Assembly (NCBI GenBank): GCA_030141605.1
Contig: JAQGDQ010000020.1
Coordinates: 186,001-250,000, forward strand
DNA from: Tubiluchus corallicola
Lineage: Eukaryota > Animalia > Priapulida
DNA length: 64,000 nt
Reading direction: 5' to 3'
Shown here: positions 1 to 12,673 of the stretch, piece after piece
Position numbering within the stretch: position 1 is the stretch's first letter
Layout: each line of letters starts with the position of its first letter
Made by a program: the position numbers and the translations under genes
The notes under the pieces: model-generated
The model's database searches: none
What the model was told of the DNA's origin: nothing
Seen by the model: only the letters and a program-made list of their open reading frames with translations

Positions 1-199
1 CGTCGGCAAGTAGATTCTCAAGCAGGCGCAGGTACTACATTTCGTTTTTGGTGTATATTCATTCGCCGAATAAATACACTATTTACTGCAAATGGTAATT
101 TTTTATGATCTATAATATTCTTTTAATGTAAGAATTAATATTTTTAATATATTTTTATACATTTTGTGATTTTTTAAGCAAAATTCATCAAATCTATAC

Positions 200-371
200 A
201 TTACTGTACAATACGTACTATGCATACGTAAAATACTTTAGACGGAGTACCGCAAAAACCCGTGAAGCAGCGAAAGTATCGCAATAAATATTTTACATTA
301 ATACTTTTTGAAAACCCGTGGAACAGCGAGACTGCGATAAAGGAACCGCGAAGTAGTGAAGGAACACTGTA
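200..371. mobile_element. Terminal part of a Tc1/mariner (pogo/Tigger-like) MITE
   Basis: CpG-rich stretch ending ...CCGCGAAGTAGTGAAGGAACACTG|TA. Its reverse complement begins TA|CAGTGTTCCTTCACTACTTCGCGG, the TA+CAGT terminus style of pogo/Tigger MITEs. Internal repeat AAAACCCGTG-x-A-x-CAGCGA occurs twice. The other terminus was not seen. Confidence 0.45.
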
Positions 372-1357
372 TTTTTGTATAACTGAAAAATCATTTTCAG
401 TAGCTAAGATCCAGATTTGCTTTATCACTAAGAAAAATTTCACCCTACAGATTCAGGTTGTATAATAGAGTTTTCATTTTCATGCTGAACTTTGATCTCA
501 AGACACTCAAAAATAATTTAAGTGCAAATGCAAGTAAGGATATCTATAATTTTACGTTTACAACAAGTTCGTTTAGCAGCAGATTTTTTCTGTTGGAGAT
601 CAGCATTCTGGTCTTAAGGTAACAACGCCTAATCTTTCTCATAAAAGCTTGACACCATGCATATATCCTTGAGCAAAATAATTAAAACTCGTTTCTTGTA
701 GTCAGTTAAGTATAACAGAGATACATTTTCTGGAACAAGAGACAAATCGTTACAATGTTTCCTGTTTTCCCCTATATTTATAGTTATTCTCTAAGGTGGC
801 TAAGGCAGTGGCTGTCAGCCAGCGATTGTGAGACAAAAACCGGGGAGGCATGGCTTAGTAATGTAATTCTGCCAACTGTGATCTGTGATCAGTCAATATC
901 TAAAAGGCTTTAATTTCTGGCTTTAATTTTGCCACACCACACTAATATATTTTAGAGGTGTAAATGGGCATATACATTTGTGTATTTATTATGGTCTGTT
1001 TTTATTTTTTTGCTCCATTTGAGAAGGTAGAGAAGGTCAAAAGAGATGGTTCAAATAAATAAATAACAATTATCGAGCAATATTGTGCTTTATCACAGTT
1101 ATGCTCAGTTAAAGTTTCAGAAATATGTGCCTAAAAGACTGAGCATCCATCACACGAGAACACAACACAGCCATTATAACAATTCAATTTTGCAACTTAA
1201 AAACACATACAACTTTTAAGATGAAGTACAAAAAGCACGAAAACACTCAATAACAACTATAAATTGTAACATGAATTTTAAAAAATATTTTATGTTCTAT
1301 AAACGCCTTTTTTTTACTTCAGCAATGTCTTTTTAACATTAGAAGCATAAGCATTAC

Positions 1358-4300
1358 CTGATTTCTCCAAAGACACTTCCAGAATGCAAAGTAGCCAGAA
1401 CAATGTCATTTTTCTCTCCTCCCATAACTTGAACCTGGCCATTGTTTACAATGTACATTTCGTGCCCTACATCTCCCTAAAGACACAAGTGAAACCTTTG
1501 CATGTTTTTGCTAAATAAAATACTATTTACGGACCATGTAATAATTTCAGAATTATTTCATCAAAACAGCCAAAAAAGGAACTAGCAGGATTGTATTTTT
1601 GTCAGTGTCAAGATGTGCATGAATAAAAATGTTTGTTTCTAACAAGTCAGCTCAAGAAAGGTTTGCTTAATATTTATATAATGATATTGTTCAGTGTTAA
1701 ATTCTACAAAATAATGCTGATTTAGATTTATATAAAAAATAAACAGTACCTTTCTGCAGACCAAATCACCAGGCAGATATAACACGGGGCGCAATCGTAA
1801 CACTAGCACTCGAAGCAGCCCTTTTTCACAGTCCTGGAAATTTAATAAGAAACTACAGAAAATGAGAATGCAGTAACAAACATTATATTGTTAAGTGAAT
1901 AAATGTAAGTTTATAAATTAATCATAAAATAGTATTATTGTAAAACAACACCCATCATTGTTTGTAAATGCTCCAAAATTTTTTTAGTGATTTCCAGATA
2001 GCAATTGATGGTACAATTTTTTTAAAAAAATTATGGTTTATATCTTATACTTAATTTGCAAAAATTTTTAATGCGAATTTAATTTTAAATACAGATCTGT
2101 CAACTGAAAATATTTAGTGATTAAATCAAAACGTTCTGTTTTAAATAAATTATTGAAGTAAACAAGTGAAGTATTGCAAACATTAGAATAATTTGTTTAC
2201 AAATGCTCACAATTAAATTTTATGTAAAGTAACATATGACTTGAAAAAGATAACAAACACATAAAAAATTGCACGACTGAAAAGTTGTAAAAATATAAAT
2301 ACAGCAGTGATAATCATCGTGCTGTTAAATAATCATAAAGAACAAACACCTAAAATTACCTGAAACAGTTGAACTTTGCTCAGTGTTTGAAAATGAACAT
2401 TTATAGCCATATCTGTTCTCATCTTCAATGGCAGAATTTGAAGGGCTGCATTCTCGTCTAGAAAAGAAGGCAATCACTAGACTGCGTAAAAGGCAGAACC
2501 ATAACAGAATCACTACCACAGGCACAAACCAGAAATATTCAAGCGGAGAGAATATAATTTTAATGTTCAAAATGTACATTGGTGATAATTTCTCAATGTT
2601 ATAGTCATTTTAATCTCTCTTCTATCTCTGCATTTATGTAGATATGGGACTTGTTCAATTTGTTACTTGAACTGATACTGTAAATGTTACATGCATATAT
2701 CTTGCAAAAACGAAAATTTTTCTTACAATTATTATTAGACATACAGCAATTAAATATAAAATAAATGCAGCACAATGTAGCAGAAAAAAACCGGCAAAAC
2801 ACCAGAAAATATCAGATGTAAAAACCAGAGATTCAGAGTTACAAACTTTTTAAGTTTTGTTAGAGAAAAGTTTCTTTCAGAAATGCGAAAAATTATGTTA
2901 AAAAATAAAAACACACTCAATGTTTTCTGCTGTTCCCAGTTATAGTTAAACCACAGTCTGACTCGATCCTGAAGGTCTGAAGGAACTTTCAGATTCTGCA
3001 TATAGTTTATGGTTATATCCATAGTCTTTCGATATTCAGTCTTTGTCATTCTTGCAGCTTGGAAAATATCCCTAACCTAAAAGTGCAAAATGCGCTTACA
3101 CAAATACTGAAAAGCAAAATACGAAACCAAAATATTAACAGCTATAGCTATTCACTATTCTTGGAAATGTGAATGTTCGTTGTTTAGGGTATGTAATGAA
3201 CAACAGTTATAGTATAACAGTAAAATAACGAATTAATTTAAATCTCCAATGAAAGCAGGCAGAACTGCAAAACATTTCAATATTTATTTAACATGATGCT
3301 TCAAAAGAATTATATCAAAATAAAAATAACCTTTGCATATACAATTGAATACATACAGAAATGTTCAAGTATGCATTCAATTGTACAGGTAAGGAGTATT
3401 TTAATTATAGTTTAATTTTGTTGCAGTCCCAAAATTATGCTAGAAGCTTATTCCAAGATTTCATGTTAAATAAATGATTGGAGATTTGTTTCAGCGCAAC
3501 ATTGAAATAGTTCACTGACAGTGAATAATTTGCAAGCCAAAATGTATGTAGAAATGTACCTGACCAATAAGTAAAGCAAAGACGAAAACTCCTAGTAACC
3601 AAGACACTGTCATGTACAAGAACTCATTTAACTGTTCTGGTTTTGGATTATTTCCTATAGATGTTGCTGTTTTAGTTGCAAAGTAGAAGCATCGTATATA
3701 CCTGTAATCCAGTAACATAAGTTACAAGGCAAAGAAAAAACAGAATACTGAGCTACATAATAAGAATCAACATTCCACAAACATATAGGTAGCAGCACAT
3801 TTGTAGTATTATTATTATAAAAGCAGACTGAACAATCATTGCTCAGCATATAGACATTTTTCTGTATTGTCATAAGACGACTTGCATTACCAATTTAAAA
3901 CTTTTCATAATTTAATTAATTTAATTATTGAAGGCAAAAAATTTGTATTTTATATGCTGATCTCAAAACCTAGTTAATTATGCTAATATCATTAAATAAT
4001 CAGCGGTGGCCATTTGACATTATTTTCCAGCTTTTTACTGTGCTTCTTTTTAAGAAGTTGGCAAGATGGTAAACTTACGCGTTGCCTTCATTTTTGTGTA
4101 TCCAGTCAGATACAATTCCCTGGTTTCTTTCATATTCAGAGAAAGCATAGAATGCACAGGTTTGTATATGAATCATAAATAGCATGTAAGTGAAGGTTTT
4201 GAAAACTCGTATGGCATGTGGAGCTTTTGCCACTGCATCAAATCTTGTGTAGAATTCCCAAAATGTCTGTATCTAAGGTTATACAATAAAATAAAATAGT

Positions 4301-7300
4301 AAAATTTACTTAGATAGCACAATGGAAAACAGTAAAATTTCTTTAGGTGATATACCGGAAGAAACAGCAGAAAAGTGCAAAAAGAGCATGTAGTTTATAA
4401 AGTGAAAATCTACAATGTTTCTAGCGTGAAATAACACTGGCAAATTTTTCAAGATAATGAGGAAATGAAGCTTGAGCATTACATAGTATGAACGGGAAAA
4501 CAACTAATATTAGGTGGCATATAAAAATGTGCTGAAGTTTTGATCATGATATTACAAGAAAATAATGCAATCGCATGCAAATTACATCATTGATGTTACA
4601 GATGCTTATGTATAAATGCCAAAAATCTTAGGTCATCACCTTACATTTTTCGAAAAATACAGACAAGTCAGAAAATAAATGCCAGAAAGATCTTTGTAGT
4701 GCTCCATGTGTCCGCCATTTAGAATGCAAACTGGTGGAAGCATTTCTTCCAACAACATTCAATAATTTTTGTCTTTGTTCCGTGCATCAAACTGCTCTGT
4801 ACAACCCACATACACTTTCTCTTATGAGTGCTTTATTTTTGTGAAGACCATGCTGCAAACTGGTTGATTTCTTTTTCGTTTTGTTGCATCTGTCACATTT
4901 TATACATCAACGTTGTTTTTCAATTGTTGATTAACTGACATTGTTCAGAAATTTAAATTGTTAACAAACAAGTTTTTGGTCATAAATAAAAGACTACCAA
5001 AGCTATAAACTTGTAATTTTTACAGCCAAAACTAAATGTATTTTCTAAACCTGTACATTTTTTCTGTGCTACCTGAAACATAACTGTATTAAAAGTATCC
5101 TGGAGACCGTAATCTTACATTCTGTCAAAACTGCTATACCAGTAGAATGATAGTAACTATGAAAAGGGAAATATAACAAACAATAAATGATATGAAAAAA
5201 AATATCCGTGTGTTATCACATTTTACACTTCTTCTACATAAATTTTTCACTAATGCAAATGTACAGTTGTGAAAATGTACACTAAAATAACCAAATTACT
5301 GTATTTTAAACTAAAATAACCTTAAGTAATCTTGGTAGTCGAAGCATAGGTTTCACTCCCACAGCCAAATACAGGATATCCAAAGGTAGCAGACTCGCAA
5401 CATCACACTAAAATATGTACAAAATATTGAAATTGGGTAACTTGAACTTATTCAAGAGTATTCAACAAACAATGTACAGTCAATGTGAGTAAACATGGCT
5501 ATAGCAATAACAACATAGTAACAAAACTACATAAAAATACAGCTTAATTGATGATGAATCCTAGTGCTCATAAAGTCTGCTAAAATTATGCACTAAAGAC
5601 ATTTCGCTAATGTGTAATTATTTAAAACTTAAAAGGGTATAAATATGGCCTCAAAATTGCCAATCGATATATAATTACACTTGCCGAAACATCTATCTCT
5701 AACAAAATCATACCTTGAAATTTGTTGTCTTCACATAGTTTTTTTCCATTGCCTTTCGATCATCCTAAATAAATAATTATTTTGTGAAAGTGGTGACATG
5801 ATTGAAAAATATAGTGTTCCATTTCTGTTATTGATGCAGCTACAGTTCTCATTCATACTAACACATCTAATCTTGCAAACAATTCAAAATTTAAAATGTA
5901 ACAAATCTGCTAATGCGCCTCACTTGTTAAAACAACACTTGTTCAGATTCTATTAAGCCAGAGAAACGGTTTATTTGTTAGTATTGCTAAAGTCCATTGT
6001 GGTTGCTAGTAAGCATGAATGAAAAGATTATGTGATCAATATAGGTATTTAAGAAAAGTGTTATATGTTGTATGAACTATAGCTAATAAACTGTACTTAC
6101 CACAAATATGCCTTCATCAAGGAATATGATATGAGATTTGACGATAACAATATCAAGTAGATACAGCAAATCACAAATATAATCTGCGATTAGCCAATAT
6201 GCCCGGTTGCTCTCAGTCTCGTATGGGAACGAAGCCCGTAAAAACATACTCCAACAGTTATATGTGTATGCACAAGTCAGCAGAAACAACCACATTAGAT
6301 ACCATGTACCTGAAACAAGCAGTGTCGTAACACATTACCTGAGTATATACACATCGGGCCACCCAAAAAGCTTTATGTAATTCCAAGTTTAGTAATTTCA
6401 ACAATCAAAATCTTGTATTATTAAGATTTGGCCACACATTAGAAATTGGATGTTACCTGTTAACAGTACAAATTTTAGAAATCCAGATGATAATAACAGC
6501 TAAAGAACCTAAAACACTCTGAAAAAATACAATATGATTGCACACTTGATACACCAGTGTAGGACAGCGTGGAAAGCTTAGCATTACTTTTAACGAGGAG
6601 GTGGTTTTCTATTTTCACAGAGCCAGAGGCACAAAATCAAAAGAAAATTAATTTTCACAAAAAAGTGAATGGATACTTCAATATCCCGAGTACAGTCTGA
6701 TAATGTTTCACGGAGTATTTCATGTGATGTGATATTTGAGGTATTTGATTAACAAACATAAATTCATACTATTATTCAAGTCTTTACCTTGAGGATCTAT
6801 GGCAAGTTTCTTAGGAACTTTGCACCGTAAAAATCCAGGGAGTTTTAACTTTCGCCCTAATATGTCCACATACAGTGGCTCCTCCTGTCTGTGTAGGGTA
6901 TCTTCTATGAAAGAGTCAAAACGTTGAGGCTGCTTCTTTGTTTCAACTTCAGCTGCAATGAAAATCCTATTTTACAATGTTGTACTGCAGTCAAAAGAAT
7001 ATTGTATGGCTGATTACATTGATTTTAGCAGCTTAAAAATTTTGAGTAACATACGTGTTGACCTCCCGCTGTCTGATTCAGTGGGAGTTGGTGGTTGTGC
7101 TACTCTCTCTTTGATTCTCCATGCTCGCTCAGAAAATGCGTTAACGAGATTGCGAATGCGTTCATGAACTACATCGCTTTTCTCCTCTCCAATGCTACAA
7201 ACCAATTTAATTAAAACATATAATTCTATAAAACATTCAAAATATATACAATTAGGGCTCTAATAAATAATATACCTAATTTTAATCAAATTGTTAAGAT

Positions 7301-10300
7301 GGGTATGTAATGAAGTTAATGAACAATTAAAATTTTCTTGATCAGGATATGTAATTATACAAGAATTACTACAAAACTACGGATTGATAGTTTGATACTC
7401 TATTGTTTGAAACAAAGTGAATACATTTGTTCTGGAAATCAATACAGCTTATATGGCATCATCATCATCATCGTCATCATCATCATCATCATCATCATTA
7501 TCATCACCACCACCACCACTAAAACCATCACCACTACCACCATCACCACCTCCACCACTACCACCACCACCACCACCACAACCACCATCAGCAGAAGCAG
7601 TCATAATGCATTTTTGCATGGAAAGTTAAGCTTCAAACGTTCTTAGCAAGCAATTCGAAAAAAATATATATTTGAGCAAATATCCAGTAACAATAAAATA
7701 AGCATGTTAGACAGCAGTATTAACTAATATCTAAACATTTCAAACATGGATGATAATGTAAAAGTTCTGTTTCAGAAGGCAAAAAACAGACGACTAAAAC
7801 AATTAATCGTAATTAAGTAAATCATAAGAAAGCTAAAAACAGCTATCTTTCATGCTTATGTCATTTATTAAGATATACGGAATGTCAGGAAATGATAGCC
7901 CTGCTACATTAAAGCGGAAGCGCAAGTACAAAAAAAACACATTTTTTCATATTCTATTCATAATAATAATAATCATCATTCAATCCATTTTTAAAAATTC
8001 ATTCCACTTTTTATTATCAAAAATTAAAAATCAACCAAGTTATTGAAGAAGTGAATCTTGACACTACTCTCATTGAAAAACTAAAATGAATTGTACTCTT
8101 GCCTATTTATGGCCTTCAGAGATGCGAAGGGCAGCAGTACTATATATACTAAAAATATTAAAATAAGTTAATTTAATGCTCTTTGTCATGGTAATGTCAA
8201 TTGTTATCCTCTCCTTGGGGGCTAATTATTCCCTGACACCCTTACATTATTATGCAGAAAACTTACACTGATGATAAGGATTTTAAAGAACGGGTACTGC
8301 CTGCAGACCGACTTCGAGCTAGCCTAGAGATAGATTTCCACGACTGCTTGTGGGTATGATCCGCTGAAAGTGAATCGATGCTGACAGTGGCACGAAGAGA
8401 TTTGCGCTTCCATACAGAAATTGCAGACTTTCCAGAAGATGTCACAGATGCCTGACTACCACGTCTCAAAACTGAAAACAAATGAAAAATAGATGACATT
8501 TTTCGTCACTGTACACTGCTTTACAAAGTGCTTAGTAAGTGTTTTATAATATAAATGCCATACCTATGACTGAGGTTTTTTAGCAGTAGCTTATTTATTT
8601 TGGTATGTTTTAAGTATAAAAGCGGATATTGTTTTATAAATTCACATTCCAGACTTGGAAAATTTATAGGTACGTATTTGATAGAATATGTTTGACACTG
8701 TAAAGATCTGTAATATAACAAAAGTTACACATCTAGGAAATGATCTGAAATAACTGGAAAGGCAGCTCTCTAGTTTTTCAACTTTTTCTGGAAGCTTTCA
8801 TATTTTTTCACTTCTTTCAAAGGTAAGTTTGCTGCCAAGCCGCTCAATAATATTTTTACAGACCACAAATTAACAAGCTAAAAAAGTCAGCTGTTTGTAA
8901 GGTACATTAAAATCCCTGTTTTAAATTTATTTGTTTAAAATTACTAATATTTTGAGTTATTATGCTTCAAAAATGTGATTCAGCTTGACAACTGCTTTGT
9001 GTAACAAACAAACAGCAATAAAGAATGGATATATAGAAGAACAAATAAATAAGTTGTTGGACAAACAAAACAGCCTCCAAAATAAAAATTTTTTGCACTG
9101 AATAATTTTTCTGTTTCTTCTACAGTCTTGAGTATAATCCACTTGAAATAACAAATATTATCTACACTTAAGTGTTCTGATAAGTTAACTTAGGCAATGC
9201 CAACGCAAACAGGTATTGATTAATGAAACCACATTAGGGCTGGATTTCAAGTATTGCCCAGGCAACAGGTTCTGGAGCACGATCAATACCAGTTGCCATG
9301 GTAATCCATCAGAAAGAAGCACAATGTTGAATGAAGCCACAAGCCACAGGACATGCAATACAATTATCTGTATACATTATTATCATTTGTCCATTATGCT
9401 ACAATATGACTATTATTGTGGCCAAAAATTGTCTTAAAAACCCAATCTAAAGTTGATTTGGAAACTGTGATTTAAAGATATAAAAAGTTTTTATGAAATT
9501 TTGTATCTTTAAAGAATAAAATCCTTTGTACTGTATATAATTCAAAACATGTTTGTTTAGAATAGTAATTTTATCGTAGTACTGAATAACACTAGTAGTA
9601 CTAGTCTTTATAAACATCATTTATTTAAAAAGTAAATTCTACTAAAAAAATTTTTAGGCAATGAATCTCAGAGCAGCATAGCCTTAGGAATACGTATTAT
9701 TGAAGAATTTGAATTTTGTCTCTGAAGAACCACATACGCTTGTATTTCTATCCACCACTTTATACAAATAATAGGTTATAGTCAAATGGAGTCAAATTCT
9801 AGCTTGTTAGACCAATGTGGAATCAATACTAAAATTATGTCTAAAGATAATCTTGAAAAAGATTTTGTTTTACCAGTTACGTTTTCACCAGAAATTCATG
9901 TGTCTTCATTTTCAAATTTAATGCTCGTGTTGAACTGCATACATACGAGAGACTTGAGAACCAGGTACAGCTAATGTGTCGTGAGCTCCACTGATGCCAC
10001 CAGATATATTACTCCCTCTCCGGACAGTGCTGACAGAACCATTGCTATTGCTGTGCCCATCAGCTTCCTCTTTTACTGTTACCGTCCGTCCCGTCTCCAC
10101 ATTTTCAAAGGAAAAAATGGGATTATCTATTCCTCTAAAAATGATGAGAATAATGGACATAAATAAATACAGGAATGCTACATACTAGCATGAAATTAGA
10201 AAATATTAGAAAATTGCGATGAATGAGCACTGCATATATATTAGTTAAGTTTATTAAATAAATTGCAAAACTTTCTGTTACAATACCAGTGTTATAGAGT

Positions 10301-10602
10301 TATTGACTTTACTGCCTTGAAAATCTTAAGTGGCAATACTTACATACTAATAACATACTAAAATAAATTCATGATGACTAAATTTACGCAACTGGCTAAA
10401 AAAGTTTGAAAAATAATACCTTATGAAATTCAAAAATGATTTTGTTCTAGAAGTAAAGTAATGATTTGCCCAACCACAAACAAACTGACCTATTTGAAGG
10501 ACTTTCCTTTGTTCCTGGAAAACCATGCACTTGAATAGCTGGAGCATTGCCAATGTCAGCTTCATTCTTAATCAACTCTGCAGTATCTTCTACTTTTGCC
10601 AT
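1358..10602 (-). CDS. CNGB: Cyclic nucleotide-gated channel beta subunit (CNGB/TAX-2-like), 3' end outside window
   Basis: Phase-consistent GT-AG exons: 10602-10490, 10134-9947, 8471-8267, 7194-7055, 6952-6788, 6309-6101, 5764-5714, 5407-5321, 4272-4079, 3701-3560, 3076-2917, 2457-2360, 1833-1750, 1476-1358. They encode the beta-type N-terminal motif [21 protein letters not shown]3/S4 [20 protein letters not shown], the pore [16 protein letters not shown], the C-linker, and the [24 protein letters not shown]...GSVFGEI. An in-frame TGA sits just before the ATG. A probable 5'UTR exon donor (GTAAGT) is at about 10829. Confidence 0.93.
7457..7590. repeat. Compound (CAT)n/(CAC)n trinucleotide microsatellite in a CNGB intron
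   Basis: Directly visible; explains the poly-I/T and poly-S/P ORFs at 7338 and 7417. Confidence 0.95.
9253..9305. promoter_or_regulatory. Pair of RFX X-box-like motifs in a CNGB intron
   Basis: ATTGCCCAGGCAAC (9253-9266) and GTTGCCATGGTAAT (9292-9305) versus consensus GTTNCCATGGNAAC. Confidence 0.5.
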
Positions 10603-11119
10603 TCAGTGCAAAAATTTCTTTTCAGTTCCAGCTAAAATATACGGAAGGATCATCGGGGTTATATGAATTTCACATTAAAGTAACTGAAAAGTATGTTTTA
10701 AAACACAATATTTTAAATTATTTAATTGGTGCACAGAATTTAATTTCCCAAGCCACTTAAAATTTTGATAAACTTATAAATTGGCATGAAAAAGTAAGAC
10801 AAACCTAAAGAAACTACTTAAATACTTACTGTCAAGCCATATCTATCAAGAAACCTGCCATGCTTTTCACAGCTCCGTTTCACCCGAAGCAATAATCTAA
10901 TTGCAGGTGCGTCAATAACAGCAGCTCACAAGCTGTAACCATCACATGTGATCAGACAGCTACATGCTCAGGTGAGTTTAACCATCACCATGTAGCTTGG
11001 CCAAAGCCATGCATAGTTCACATGGCCTCTAGGAAGCCACCTGGAAACCCGATTCCTTTACTTGTCAACAGAAAAGTATAAGCAAAGACGTGTAGCTTTG
11101 GTAATGATACATTGCAATG

Positions 11120-11490
11120 ATGCATCACCTCATTTTGTTTTACTTTAGCACAACTCACCTCACTTCATTTCATCTTACCACAGTTCACCTCACCTCATTT
11201 CAGATGACCTCATTTTTCTAATCTAACTCAACCCAATATGATCTACATACACAACCACAGACATCTGGCATAGTAAAGTGGAATCTAACCTAGTCTAGCC
11301 TAATCTACCAATTTTAGTCCAGTCTAGTTTGTCTAGTTTAATCTAACAAAATCTAGTATTATCTGGTCTAGTCTATTCTAGAATCCATCCTAATTAAAGG
11401 TAATTTACTCTGATACAATATAATATAAGTGAAGCTATGATAACATAATCTAATCTAATCTATTCGATATATAAACTAAACTAAACTTAA
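11120..11490. repeat. Degenerate pentanucleotide repeats (CACCT/CTAGT/AATCT) between the CNGB 5' end and the MOB4 3' end
   Basis: 5-bp periodicity visible, e.g. ctcacctcacttcatttcatct, tctagtttgtctagtttaatcta, taatctaatctaatct. Confidence 0.7.
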
Positions 11491-12673
11491 GAGCACAATC
11501 ATATACATAAAGTAACAGTGGCACATTTTATATTAATTTATACTGAAAACTAATTATTAACATTGATTTTCAAATACAAAATACAACAGTGAAATCACTC
11601 CTGTGATCCACAACACAAGATTGATTCAGCATTAACTGTCAAATGCAATAGGAAGGGCTATGATAACGCTAACTGTAAAAATTGATAATTGACGACTTAA
11701 TCGGAAGTGCAAAGGTACAATTATGTTAATTAGGACAACCCAGCACTACAATGCATAATGTTGTCGCGAACTTTAATGCCAGAACAAAGCAAAAGAAATG
11801 AATCTTGTTTTTCTGTTAATTACATGCAGAATGTGTACATTGTTGCACAATCTTAAAAAACCTTGGCTATGAGTCCTGTTCTTTTCCGTTCATTGTTAAA
11901 GCAATGCAAACTCCAGTGAGAAGATACAAGTCCGATATTTTCAACAGCATACTGTAAATTTTGTTATCATCTTACAATTACGTTTTCTTCAGAGCAGCCA
12001 GGATATTATAAAAACAATACAAATTAATTACCTTGTTTGCAGTTGATGGTTTGACAGAAATATTGCAAAAATAAGCCAATTTTTTTTAGATTAGAAGACA
12101 TATCAGAGATCACTCAGGTCAACTAAGACTAAACTCTGAATTTAATTCAGATAGGCTGCTTACAATAAAGAAAACACACATTTAGTCACGAATTACATAT
12201 TTTTCTTACATCAAATGCCAATGAACTACTTAAGCACAGATTTGCATTTTGAATATTTCTTAGTATATGCAGATGCTTGATAGCAGTACACATGAGTATC
12301 TAGTCTCGATCATTAAAAATAATATCAGGTCCCCTAAAATGAAATGAGACATTGAAGTATTTAACACCATAATCAAAGCTAGGAAGTAAAGCAGAAAATT
12401 ACCAAAAGCATTATCTTCAGAAAATACAACTATTAATAAATAATGTACGTATAATGTACGTAGTGCATGTATAATAAATACATATTTACACAGTTTTAAA
12501 AGTGAATTAACATGCTAAGTTCTTTTTAGAAAAAAAGTAGGTTACACAGAAAAAAAACTTATGTTCAAAACTATACATCAATTTAATAGCCAGTCTATAA
12601 AAATTCGCAATGGAATTTACTAAGAATGAAATTTATATGAATTCCTAAATAAGCCCCTAACTTGTTCACCACT

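Noticed and set aside
7338-7646. Poly-Ile/Thr and poly-Ser/Pro ORFs
   Set aside because: They are translations of the (CAT)n/(CAC)n intronic microsatellite.
9786-9974. Plus-strand ORF containing MSKDNL, the same hexapeptide as in the MOB4 C-terminus
   Set aside because: No flanking similarity, different codons, and it overlaps a CNGB exon antisense; best explained as coincidence.
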